59,177 bases of DNA, taken from NCBI GenBank assembly GCA_026415495.1, contig JAOAGZ010000004.1:1-59177 (forward strand), in the 5' to 3' direction. The stretch's first letter is position 1. Each line of letters begins with the position of its first letter. A program made the position numbers and the translations under genes. The notes under the pieces are model-generated. The model was not told where the DNA came from and searched no databases. It worked only from the letters and a program-made list of their open reading frames with translations. This DNA comes from Ignavibacteria bacterium (GTDB lineage: Bacteria; Bacteroidota; Ignavibacteria; Kapaibacteriales; UBA2268). Positions 28,222 through 36,769 of the stretch are shown here, piece after piece.

Positions 28222-29199
28222 TTATATTTCCCACGTGCCTTTATCAGGGAAATAAATTTGCATTTTTGTATCACCAGCTTTAACGGAGACGGTGCGAGAG
28301 ATTGTATCGCCGGTGTCTTCGCCTAATATTTTGATGCCGCGTTTCAATAGTCCGGCTTTGACGGCAACAGTATTACGTTGACCAATGCTGAAATATTCAC
28401 CGAGTTCGATTTTAGTTTTTGCACCACCAGCGATTTTAGCGAATATTTTTTCCTTAGGGCAGCCCAATTCATTCATTTTTTGCAACAAGGCATCAACAGC
28501 AGTATCAGCGAAATATCCGGGTAGTTTTTCAGCTTTTTCTTTGTCTGTATTTGATTGAGGAAGAGCAACGTGGGCAAGCCCGACAACATTTTTAGAAGGA
28601 CAGAATAATCCCAGACCAATACAAGAGCCAAGAGCGAATATTTTTAAAACTTTGTTAGGATCGTTGGAAATATCCATAGCTCCCATACCGAGAATAATCT
28701 GATTTGTTTTGGCAGTTCTATCAAGATGGTTACTTGGAAGCTTGAATTCTTTTTTAACTTTTTTGAGATGGCTTACATCTTGAGTATATGCAAGTTTAAT
28801 TTTATATATCAGCTGGGAAAACAGCTCAGGCAAAGCACGAGCGCCGGCACCCGGCTTAGGCTGGAAGTCTACAGCACCTGCTTCGAAGGCTTCTTTCGTT
28901 ATTTGAGAATCTTTTTCTGTTAAGGCACTGAGCACAATAGTTGGGATAGGATTGACGGGCATCAGGTTATGCAGGAACTGAATACCGTTCATACGAGGCA
29001 TTTCCATATCAAGGATGATAACGTCGGGCTTTAATCTATTAACCTGATTAAGAGCAATGTAGCCGTCAGTAGCAGTGCCGACAACATCAATCATAGGATC
29101 TTTTGCTAAGCCTTTTGCTAAAATATCAAGCACCAAAGCTTGATCATCAACTATTAAAACTTTAATCTTTTGATTACTGGTATTAGTATTTTCTTGCAT
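28222..29199 (-). CDS. Fusion of a CheB-type response-regulator receiver domain and a CheD glutamine deamidase
   Basis: N-half IKVLIVDD...PDVIILDMEMPRMNG...VLSALT...GAVDFQPKP. C-half ALGSCIG...GLAHVALP...FADTA...KIAGGA...IGQRN...EDTG..SRTV, with the CheD catalytic Cys and His present. Confidence 0.88.
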   Translation of the reverse strand: MQENTNTSNQKIKVLIVDDQALVLDILAKGLAKDPMIDVVGTATDGYIALNQVNRLKPDVIILDMEMPRMNGIQFLHNLMPVNPIPTIVLSALTEKDSQITKEAFEAGAVDFQPKPGAGARALPELFSQLIYKIKLAYTQDVSHLKKVKKEFKLPSNHLDRTAKTNQIILGMGAMDISNDPNKVLKIFALGSCIGLGLFCPSKNVVGLAHVALPQSNTDKEKAEKLPGYFADTAVDALLQKMNELGCPKEKIFAKIAGGAKTKIELGEYFSIGQRNTVAVKAGLLKRGIKILGEDTGDTISRTVSVKAGDTKMQIYFPDKGTWEI

Positions 29200-29260
29200 A
29201 TTATTTTCTCAAAAAAGTATAAATATTTTTTTCACTAATTACAAAATTAATAATATCACA

Positions 29261-32200
29261 TTATTTTTTATCAACTAAATCATTAATACTGGAAACAAGC
29301 GTATCGAAATTAACAGGTTTACTGATATAATCGTTAGCACCGGCAGCAAAGCATCTGTCGCGATCGCCGGGCATTGCAAGTGCAGTAAGAGCGATAATAG
29401 GAATATGTGAAGTATTATGATCATTTTTCAAAATACGAATGGCTTCGATACCATCCATTTTGGGCATTTGAATATCCATCAAAATAATATCAGGTTTGTA
29501 TTCAATAGCCGATTCGATTGCTTCTTTACCATTTCGGGCAACCAGCACTGAATAACCAGCATATTCTAAAAATGCTTCCATAGTTTCAAGGTTTGCTTCG
29601 TTATCCTCAGCCAAGAGGATAAGTATCTTTTCATTTGTCATATCATTTATCTCCGAATCTACAAGTAATTTCGCCTTTTGTTTTTCAAGTTTCAGATCTA
29701 CCTTATTCAATGTTTCATATAAGGTAATAAGTTTATATGGCTTTTGCACATATCCATCTGCCCCATTAGCAATAGCGCGTGTTTTTTCTTTTAATATCGA
29801 AACGATTACAACGGGAATATATTTGTGTTCTTCGTGCAATTTTATGTGCTTTAAATAATCCCAACCTGATTTGTCCCAAAGAAGAACATCAAGGATTACA
29901 ATATCATATTTTTTTTGATAGAGAGTATCTTCAATTTTTTGTTCAAAATCATAGAAATCGGACACAATGCCAAAGCGTTCGAGGTCTTGCCTGAGAAGTT
30001 CTGCATCTTCTTTGGAGCTATTAATAAGAAGAGCATTCTTTATATAAGAAAATTGTTTGTTTAGCAACTCATCGTAATAAGCATCGAAAGCGTTTTTGTT
30101 CTTTATCGGGAGAGTAACAGTAAACTTGCTACCAACTCCGAACTGACTTTCAACGGCAACACTGCCACCCATCATTTCGGTTAATTTAGCGACTAAGGTA
30201 AGTCCTAATCCAGTGCCTTCATATTCACGTGAAAGATTGCTGCTAATTTGAGAAAATGGTTTGAAAAGTTTATTCATATCTTCTTGGCGAATACCAATTC
30301 CAGTATCCCACACTGTGAAATGAATGAGATTATTATCGAGTTCTGCAGAGATAGATAATCCGGCAGAACCACCTTTAGGAGTAAATTTGACAGCGTTGTT
30401 GAGAAGATTAATTAAAACTTGTTTTGTGCGGATTTGGTCTGCATAAATTTCCTTTGGTGTGTCCTGCTGAATATCAAGATGCAGAGAAATATCTTTTTTA
30501 TTAGCCATTTGCCGGATAAAGTTCATAGAAGAATGTGCAATTTGCTCAACAGAACAATCTTCCAAATAGATTTCAAATTTTCCGGCTTCTATTTTGGAAA
30601 TGTCTAAAATATCATTTATTAAATTTAGCAGATGATGACCACTATCGTGAATGGTAGTCAGAGCACGTTGGAAACGATCATTGGAATATATTTCCTGATG
30701 CTTAAGGAGAATTTCCGAGAGCCCGAGAATTGCATTAAGAGGAGTTCGCAGTTCGTGGCTCATATTAGCAAGGAATTCGTCTTTTGTTCGGATTGCACGT
30801 TCGAGCTCTGCGTTGAGGGCACTAAGTTCTTCGGTGCGTTCCATTACACGTTCAGCAAGAAGGCGGCGTTCAAGATTAAGAGCTTCTTCAATTTTTTTCC
30901 GATAAATAACCATTGCAATTTGAGTTGAGACAAACACGAGAATATCTTTTGTAAGTTCATCGAATCTAACATCCTGATTGTAGCTTTTAACTGCGATGAC
31001 ACCAATAGTTTGATTCCCAATTGTTTTCAAAGGCACATCCAGCCAATATTTAGGAATTACGCCCTGTATTTCAATAGTTCGATTTGAAGATAATTCCATC
31101 AGTTTTTCTTCGTCGAGAAGCTGAAAATGCCCGGTATTAATTACATATTCGACTAAACCATTTCCAAATGGATAAGGTCCGCTAAAAGAGGGCTTTGGTG
31201 AATCAATTTCGTCAACAAAATAAGGGAAGTGTATTTCGTTACGTTCAGGATCATAAATCGCAATATAGAAATTACTGGCAAAGATGAGTTGAGAAATAGA
31301 ATGATGAATAAATTTATAAAGATCCTGGAGATTATCAAGATTATACGCTGCTTCGGAAATGCTATAAACAGCTTGCTGTAATTTTTCTGACAATTTGCGT
31401 TGAGAAATATCTTCGGCTGTACCTTCGATAAAAAGAACATTACCGTTTGCATCCCTAACCACTCTTGATTTTTCCAGAACATTAAGAATTGAACCATCTT
31501 TTTTTATCCAGGTGCTTTCAAAAACCTGAACTTCATCGCTCGAAAGAATAGAGTTCAGAAAAGATTGTCTTTCAGATGAGCTGAGAAATCCTTCGAAATT
31601 TAAATTTCGATCTTTTAGTTCATTAATTGAATCAAAACCGAGCATTTTAACAAGAGTTGGATTGGCGAGAATAATTTTGCCATCAAGAGTGGAGCGGTAA
31701 ATTCCAACCGGTACATTATTAAATAAGTTTCGATAAATTTCACGACTGCGTTTGAGTTCTTCTTCAATACGAATACGCTCCTGAATCTCCATCTGGAGTT
31801 TCATTGTTCGTTTTTCGATAATAGATTCAAGTTCGTGGTTTATGCGTTTAATGTCGTCTTCAAGTTTTTTGAATTCAGTAATATCGCGAGCAATACCGAT
31901 TAATCCAATTGGATTTCCTTCCGGGTCGAAAAACGGTGTTTTGATATTGTCTAAAGTATGCAGAGTGTTATCGGAAAAGCGTAGTAACTGTTCCGAGCGA
32001 ACAGTCGTTTTTGTTTCAAAAACGGCTTTATCAAAATCGGTAAAGGCATCAGCTTCATCTTTAGAAAAAAGATCGTAGTCAGTTTTACCGATTATCGCAT
32101 TTTTTGGAAGGTTAAGAAACTTGCAGTAAGCTTCGTTGCAATTAATGTATTTTCCTGAAATATCTTTAACTACAATAAAATCTGGCACATTATCAATTAG

Positions 32201-33580
32201 TTTGGAGAGTAATTCCGACTGCTTTTGAATTTCGAGAGTTCGTTCTAAAACTGTTTGTTCTAATTCGAGATTTGTTTTGGAAAGAATTTTTTCAGCTTCT
32301 TTGAATTGAGTAATATCATTAATAAAAATACAAGCACCTGCAATTTCTTCACCGACTTTGATCGGATAAAGAGAAATTTCGTAATAGATAGATGTATTTT
32401 TTATTAATACATCATATACAAAGGTTGATGAAATTCCTTTATAAGCATTTTCAAATTTATCAAGAATAGCAGGGACATTAATAAAAAGAGAATTCAGATC
32501 ACATTTGGCAGTAACATCGTTGCCTGAAATAAATTTAACAGCATCAATGAAGACTTGATTATATTTTGTTATTGCTTTATGAATATCAAAAAGAGCAATC
32601 CCGATGTGTGAATAATTTATAGCGGTTGAAAGGTTTGCTTCGATTAATTTTTGCTGTTCTTCGGCAATTTTTTTGTATGTAATATCTCTTAAAGTAACAA
32701 AAATCAGGTTGTATCCATCTTTCTGAATTGGTTTTAGATATACTTCTGTATAAATCAACTGGCTATTAGAATTAAGATGCACCCATTCAAAATTATTTAC
32801 ACCTTTAGAGTAAGCTATATCTATCATTAGTTTAGCTTTCTCAACTGAACTTGTGCCATCGGGTTGGAAAGGAGGAGAGAAATCATAAGGATGCTTACCG
32901 ATAATATCGCTTTTGCTTTGCAGACCAAAAATTTTCAATGCTTGCTGATTGCAATCGGTATAAGTATCTCCATTGAGAAAATAAAAGGCATCGGCTGCTT
33001 GTTCGAAGAAAAAAGAATAGAGCTTTTGCTGCTCTTCGATGATTTTTTGATTTTGCTCAACTTCTGTATTATCAATAAATGCCGCATAAAATTCAGTTTG
33101 TTTGTCTCTGATAATTGCTTTGACAACACCAGACAAACTAATGACAGAACCATTAGCAGATTGAATTCTAATATAGCACGGGATAGACTCATTAAAATCG
33201 ATAGCCTCGTTGCAAGAATTAAAGAAGTTGTCAATATAATCTGAGAGAATAAAAGAAGTAATATGCTTTCCAATAATCTGGTGTGTAGGTAATCCAAGAA
33301 CTGTGGAAGTGCTTTTATTAGCAGAGATAATTTTTCCTTCGGAATCAATATTAAAAAAAAGCACAGGAGAACTATCGTAAAGGAATTTATACCAGTCGCG
33401 GGAAACATCTAGTTCGTGTCTGATTAGATTTAACTCATTATTTCTAATGGAAATATCAATAAGATAATTTTTAATTTCTTCAAAGTCTGGTTCAATTTCT
33501 TTGGCGACTTTCTGACAATCAGGGCAGGATACGCTGCGCATTTTCTTTAAAATATTTTCTATAGTAGAAAAAGCATCCAT
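29261..33580 (-). CDS. Cytoplasmic hybrid sensor histidine kinase (5 PAS, GAF, HisKA, HATPase, 2 REC)
   Basis: PAS/PAC repeats ending DIT/DIS; GAF (NFYIAIYD...FPYFVDE); FLANMSHELRTPLNAI; NLLNNAVKFT, DTGIG, GTGLGL; two receiver domains; no TM. Confidence 0.93.
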   Translation of the reverse strand: MDAFSTIENILKKMRSVSCPDCQKVAKEIEPDFEEIKNYLIDISIRNNELNLIRHELDVSRDWYKFLYDSSPVLFFNIDSEGKIISANKSTSTVLGLPTHQIIGKHITSFILSDYIDNFFNSCNEAIDFNESIPCYIRIQSANGSVISLSGVVKAIIRDKQTEFYAAFIDNTEVEQNQKIIEEQQKLYSFFFEQAADAFYFLNGDTYTDCNQQALKIFGLQSKSDIIGKHPYDFSPPFQPDGTSSVEKAKLMIDIAYSKGVNNFEWVHLNSNSQLIYTEVYLKPIQKDGYNLIFVTLRDITYKKIAEEQQKLIEANLSTAINYSHIGIALFDIHKAITKYNQVFIDAVKFISGNDVTAKCDLNSLFINVPAILDKFENAYKGISSTFVYDVLIKNTSIYYEISLYPIKVGEEIAGACIFINDITQFKEAEKILSKTNLELEQTVLERTLEIQKQSELLSKLIDNVPDFIVVKDISGKYINCNEAYCKFLNLPKNAIIGKTDYDLFSKDEADAFTDFDKAVFETKTTVRSEQLLRFSDNTLHTLDNIKTPFFDPEGNPIGLIGIARDITEFKKLEDDIKRINHELESIIEKRTMKLQMEIQERIRIEEELKRSREIYRNLFNNVPVGIYRSTLDGKIILANPTLVKMLGFDSINELKDRNLNFEGFLSSSERQSFLNSILSSDEVQVFESTWIKKDGSILNVLEKSRVVRDANGNVLFIEGTAEDISQRKLSEKLQQAVYSISEAAYNLDNLQDLYKFIHHSISQLIFASNFYIAIYDPERNEIHFPYFVDEIDSPKPSFSGPYPFGNGLVEYVINTGHFQLLDEEKLMELSSNRTIEIQGVIPKYWLDVPLKTIGNQTIGVIAVKSYNQDVRFDELTKDILVFVSTQIAMVIYRKKIEEALNLERRLLAERVMERTEELSALNAELERAIRTKDEFLANMSHELRTPLNAILGLSEILLKHQEIYSNDRFQRALTTIHDSGHHLLNLINDILDISKIEAGKFEIYLEDCSVEQIAHSSMNFIRQMANKKDISLHLDIQQDTPKEIYADQIRTKQVLINLLNNAVKFTPKGGSAGLSISAELDNNLIHFTVWDTGIGIRQEDMNKLFKPFSQISSNLSREYEGTGLGLTLVAKLTEMMGGSVAVESQFGVGSKFTVTLPIKNKNAFDAYYDELLNKQFSYIKNALLINSSKEDAELLRQDLERFGIVSDFYDFEQKIEDTLYQKKYDIVILDVLLWDKSGWDYLKHIKLHEEHKYIPVVIVSILKEKTRAIANGADGYVQKPYKLITLYETLNKVDLKLEKQKAKLLVDSEINDMTNEKILILLAEDNEANLETMEAFLEYAGYSVLVARNGKEAIESAIEYKPDIILMDIQMPKMDGIEAIRILKNDHNTSHIPIIALTALAMPGDRDRCFAAGANDYISKPVNFDTLVSSINDLVDKK

Positions 33581-33670
33581 AATAATTAAAAACTAATAAT
33601 AAACTCATATAAATATATACAAAAAAACTAAAAATTCAATACGTGAAAATACTGAAATTTTATAATAATG

Positions 33671-33698
33671 AAAAAGGCTGCCTATGAGAGACAGCCTT
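33671..33698 (-). terminator. Intrinsic terminator after the TPR gene
   Basis: AAGGCTG...CAGCCTT stem with T-tail on the minus strand. Confidence 0.7.
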
Positions 33699-33716
33699 GC
33701 GATAAGCATTGGAAGA

Positions 33717-35420
33717 TTATTCGCAACCAAGAGCTTTAATATTGTCGCGAGCAGTTTTATTATTAGGATTAATTTTCAGAACAAGTTTATAATTTCTGCA
33801 GGCTGCTTCATTTTGACCTTGTCCGTGGAACGCAACTGCAGTAAACAAGGCAGCAAATTCATTTTCAGGCATAGCAGTAAGCCATTCTTTACCAATTTTT
33901 TCGAGGTCTTTATATTTTTTCTGTTCGAGTTTCATTTGAGCAAGTTTAGCAAAAGCCTGATTGAGCTCCGACTTATATTTTTCAACGTCAGAGGTACCGG
34001 TGGAAATAGCACGGGAGAACATTTCTTCTGCTTTTACGTTATCATTCAGGTTGGCATAAACATCGCCCAAATAAATCATTGACCACAAGAAAGCAGGGTT
34101 GAGCTCGATTGCTTTTTGGAGAGGTGCAATCGCCTGCTGAGAGTTGCCATCGAAGAAGTAGCTTAATCCAATGAAATAATGAATAAGATAATTATTATCA
34201 TCGTTGCAAGCGTTTGTTGCTAATCTTTTATTTAAAATTTCGATAGATTCCTTATATCGTTTCATTTTATTAAGTGAGGTGCCAAGGACATACATTAACT
34301 GGCAGTTCTCAGTTGGGTTCATTTCAATTGCTTGTTTCCATTTTTCAACTGCAATGTTGGTGTCGCCGGCAAACAAAGCAGCCTGTCCCCAACGGCGAAC
34401 ATCTTCCATTTGAAGAGATACGGAAGCACTCAATTCTTCGAAAGTTTTTTCAGACTGTGCATAGTCGCCTTCTGAAAGGTAGCATCTTGCAAGAAGCAAT
34501 TTGGCACGAGCAGCGGCGGTATCAATTTCATTTGCAACTATGCGAAGGTGGGAACGAGCAGAATCGCAGCGACCGAGTTCATACAATGATTGAGCCAGAT
34601 ACCAACGACCAAGTGAACCGCTTGGACGCAACTGAATATAGTTATTAAGAGATTGTGCAGCCTGAACATAATTTTTAGAGAAGAAGAAAAGTTTGCCTTG
34701 TTCGAACCAAGCACGAGCATTTTTGGGATCTTTCTGAGTTAGAGTGTTCCATTCCTGCAATGAACGGGTAAAATAGAGATTTGCTAAATCAGGATTAGCT
34801 TCATTTTCGCGGATACCAAGCCAATAATAAGATTGGGCAAGTTTCATTCTTGCTTCGTTCAAATCAGGGTTGATGGAAAGAGCGGCTTCGTAACTATCTT
34901 TCGATAGTTCATACACTCTTTGCTGATAGTAAATATCTCCACGTTTAATGTTTGCTTCGACGTTATTTTTGTCCATATCAAGGACACGAGCAACGGCAAG
35001 TTCAGCCTGGCTTAGTGAGTCTGCTCTAAGATAAACATCAACAAGAAGCAGCCAGTTGCTTATTTCTTTTTTTTCGTCGATTGTGAGTTTTCTTAAAATT
35101 TTAACTGCTTCTGAATGATAAGAATTTATAGAAAGAGTGTTAGCTAATTTTCTAAGAACGGGAGGCTTGCTTGAAATTTTTTCAGCCTGGCGAATTACTT
35201 CCAATGCTTTATCGTTTCGACCGAGTTCGAGATAAACATCGTTGCAAAGCAAGTGAAGATCTAAATCTTTAGGGTTTTCTGCAAGAGCAGCCGGGATAAA
35301 ACTTTCTGCTAATTCATAATTTTTCTCATTCAAAGCCGACAAGAAATTTTGCTTGGCTTGCTGAGCATAAGAGAAAGAGAAGCTGAACAAAAGCAGCACA
35401 AAAAATAATTTGAATTTCAT
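33717..35420 (-). CDS. Secreted tetratricopeptide repeat protein
   Basis: Signal peptide and many TPR units (A...Y..AL..NP, A.AW...G). Confidence 0.9.
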   Translation of the reverse strand: MKFKLFFVLLLFSFSFSYAQQAKQNFLSALNEKNYELAESFIPAALAENPKDLDLHLLCNDVYLELGRNDKALEVIRQAEKISSKPPVLRKLANTLSINSYHSEAVKILRKLTIDEKKEISNWLLLVDVYLRADSLSQAELAVARVLDMDKNNVEANIKRGDIYYQQRVYELSKDSYEAALSINPDLNEARMKLAQSYYWLGIRENEANPDLANLYFTRSLQEWNTLTQKDPKNARAWFEQGKLFFFSKNYVQAAQSLNNYIQLRPSGSLGRWYLAQSLYELGRCDSARSHLRIVANEIDTAAARAKLLLARCYLSEGDYAQSEKTFEELSASVSLQMEDVRRWGQAALFAGDTNIAVEKWKQAIEMNPTENCQLMYVLGTSLNKMKRYKESIEILNKRLATNACNDDNNYLIHYFIGLSYFFDGNSQQAIAPLQKAIELNPAFLWSMIYLGDVYANLNDNVKAEEMFSRAISTGTSDVEKYKSELNQAFAKLAQMKLEQKKYKDLEKIGKEWLTAMPENEFAALFTAVAFHGQGQNEAACRNYKLVLKINPNNKTARDNIKALGCE

Positions 35421-35421
35421 A

Positions 35422-36351
35422 TTAATCCTCTTTTATTAAATTAAATCTTGCGAATTTCGGAACAACACCAGCATCTTTCAGGTATTTTGTCGATGAAGCC
35501 TCGCGGGAAAGATGCATAGCAAACCAGAAAGGCAAATCTTTGAAATTATTCAAGAAAAGTGCTTTATAAGTTACGATATATGGATATAAACCTTGCACAA
35601 TATAAGCCTGATGAACAGGTTTCGGAGTAATGTATTTTCCAGTGGTATCAGTATATCCAACAGGTATTGGCTTGAAATCTAAATTTCTGTGAATATGTGA
35701 TAAATAAGCAATTCCGATAGCATTGGAGTTTGTTTTGACAAAGTTAAGCAAGGAATCAACAGTAGAAAACAATTGCAAACGTCTTTGTATAGGTTTATTA
35801 CGAACGACTAATTTATTTATGTTTGCAAAAACGGATGAGTTTTGTTCTAAGGTTGCGAAAATTGGTTCATCTTTTAGAGATGGGAAGTAAGATTTCAGAG
35901 TTTTGCTTTTATCAGTAAGAACATTGAATATTTGTTCAGAATTGAGAGTATCCATAGAAGAGTTGATTTGAGTAAAGAAACATAAAGCATCGTCTGCAAT
36001 TTCTTCGTAATTGTGTTTAGCTACTTTGTAAACGCTCATAAGAGAATCCTCGTCCCGAAGATAATCTCTCGCAATGATGATAACCCGAGCTTCGCCTGCG
36101 AGAAGCTTCGCCATTGCCTCGCGAGCTGAAACAGAATTAACAGTAAGATTGACGTCAGGATAAGCCTTACGATAAGAAGCAAAGAGAGTATCGAATAGTT
36201 TAGTTAATGTATTATCGCAGTAGGCGGTAATTTTGCCACTTGTCATTGATTCACGTTGAGTAGCCTTGTTGTCAGATTTTTCGTTACAGGAGACAAGAAA
36301 GAGAAGCAACAAAATTGCTGCAAACAAAATATTTTTAGTTCTCATTCTCAT
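35422..36351 (-). CDS. PstS-like periplasmic binding lipoprotein (PBP-like)
   Basis: Lipobox LVSC; TSGKI..YCD, IADDAL, NAIGI, YP...Y motifs; start 36351 or 36345 (GAGGA SD). Confidence 0.8.
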   Translation of the reverse strand: MRMRTKNILFAAILLLLFLVSCNEKSDNKATQRESMTSGKITAYCDNTLTKLFDTLFASYRKAYPDVNLTVNSVSAREAMAKLLAGEARVIIIARDYLRDEDSLMSVYKVAKHNYEEIADDALCFFTQINSSMDTLNSEQIFNVLTDKSKTLKSYFPSLKDEPIFATLEQNSSVFANINKLVVRNKPIQRRLQLFSTVDSLLNFVKTNSNAIGIAYLSHIHRNLDFKPIPVGYTDTTGKYITPKPVHQAYIVQGLYPYIVTYKALFLNNFKDLPFWFAMHLSREASSTKYLKDAGVVPKFARFNLIKED

Positions 36352-36565
36352 TGTCGTCCTCATTAATATTAAAATTGTATCTTTCAAGTTGTGTTCTATA
36401 CATTATTAGACGATATACACCAAAAAGAGTTACTACAATCCCCATTACGATAATTAAGGTGCTATCGTGTAGTTCGTTTTTATACCAAATACCATAAATT
36501 ATAAAGGCAATACCCAATATTATCATTAAAATACGAACGCTGTAATTTACAAATTTTGAAAACAT
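36335..36565 (-). CDS. Small two-TM membrane protein
   Basis: 76 aa, two hydrophobic helices ending FGVYR; overlaps the next gene start; TAAATTTG box at 36591-36598. Confidence 0.65.
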   Translation of the reverse strand: MFSKFVNYSVRILMIILGIAFIIYGIWYKNELHDSTLIIVMGIVVTLFGVYRLIMYRTQLERYNFNINEDDNENEN

Positions 36566-36769
36566 AGAATATCCGCATTTTTATAACTTACAAATTTATC
36601 AAATTTTTATTAATAATAAATTAAGTAAAGCGAAAAAATTATAATGTATGAATAAATGAACAAAAATTAAATCATTTTTCATAATCAGATATTCAACAGA
36701 AAGCAACTGAATTAAATATATTTATTTATTATTCCTTTTTTTATAAATTTGTAAAATTATCTAACTATT

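Noticed and set aside
28222-29199. Annotating the REC-CheD gene as ordinary cheB, or as a frameshifted cheB-cheD pair
   Set aside because: No methylesterase motifs are present, and the frame is continuous through a ~30-aa linker.
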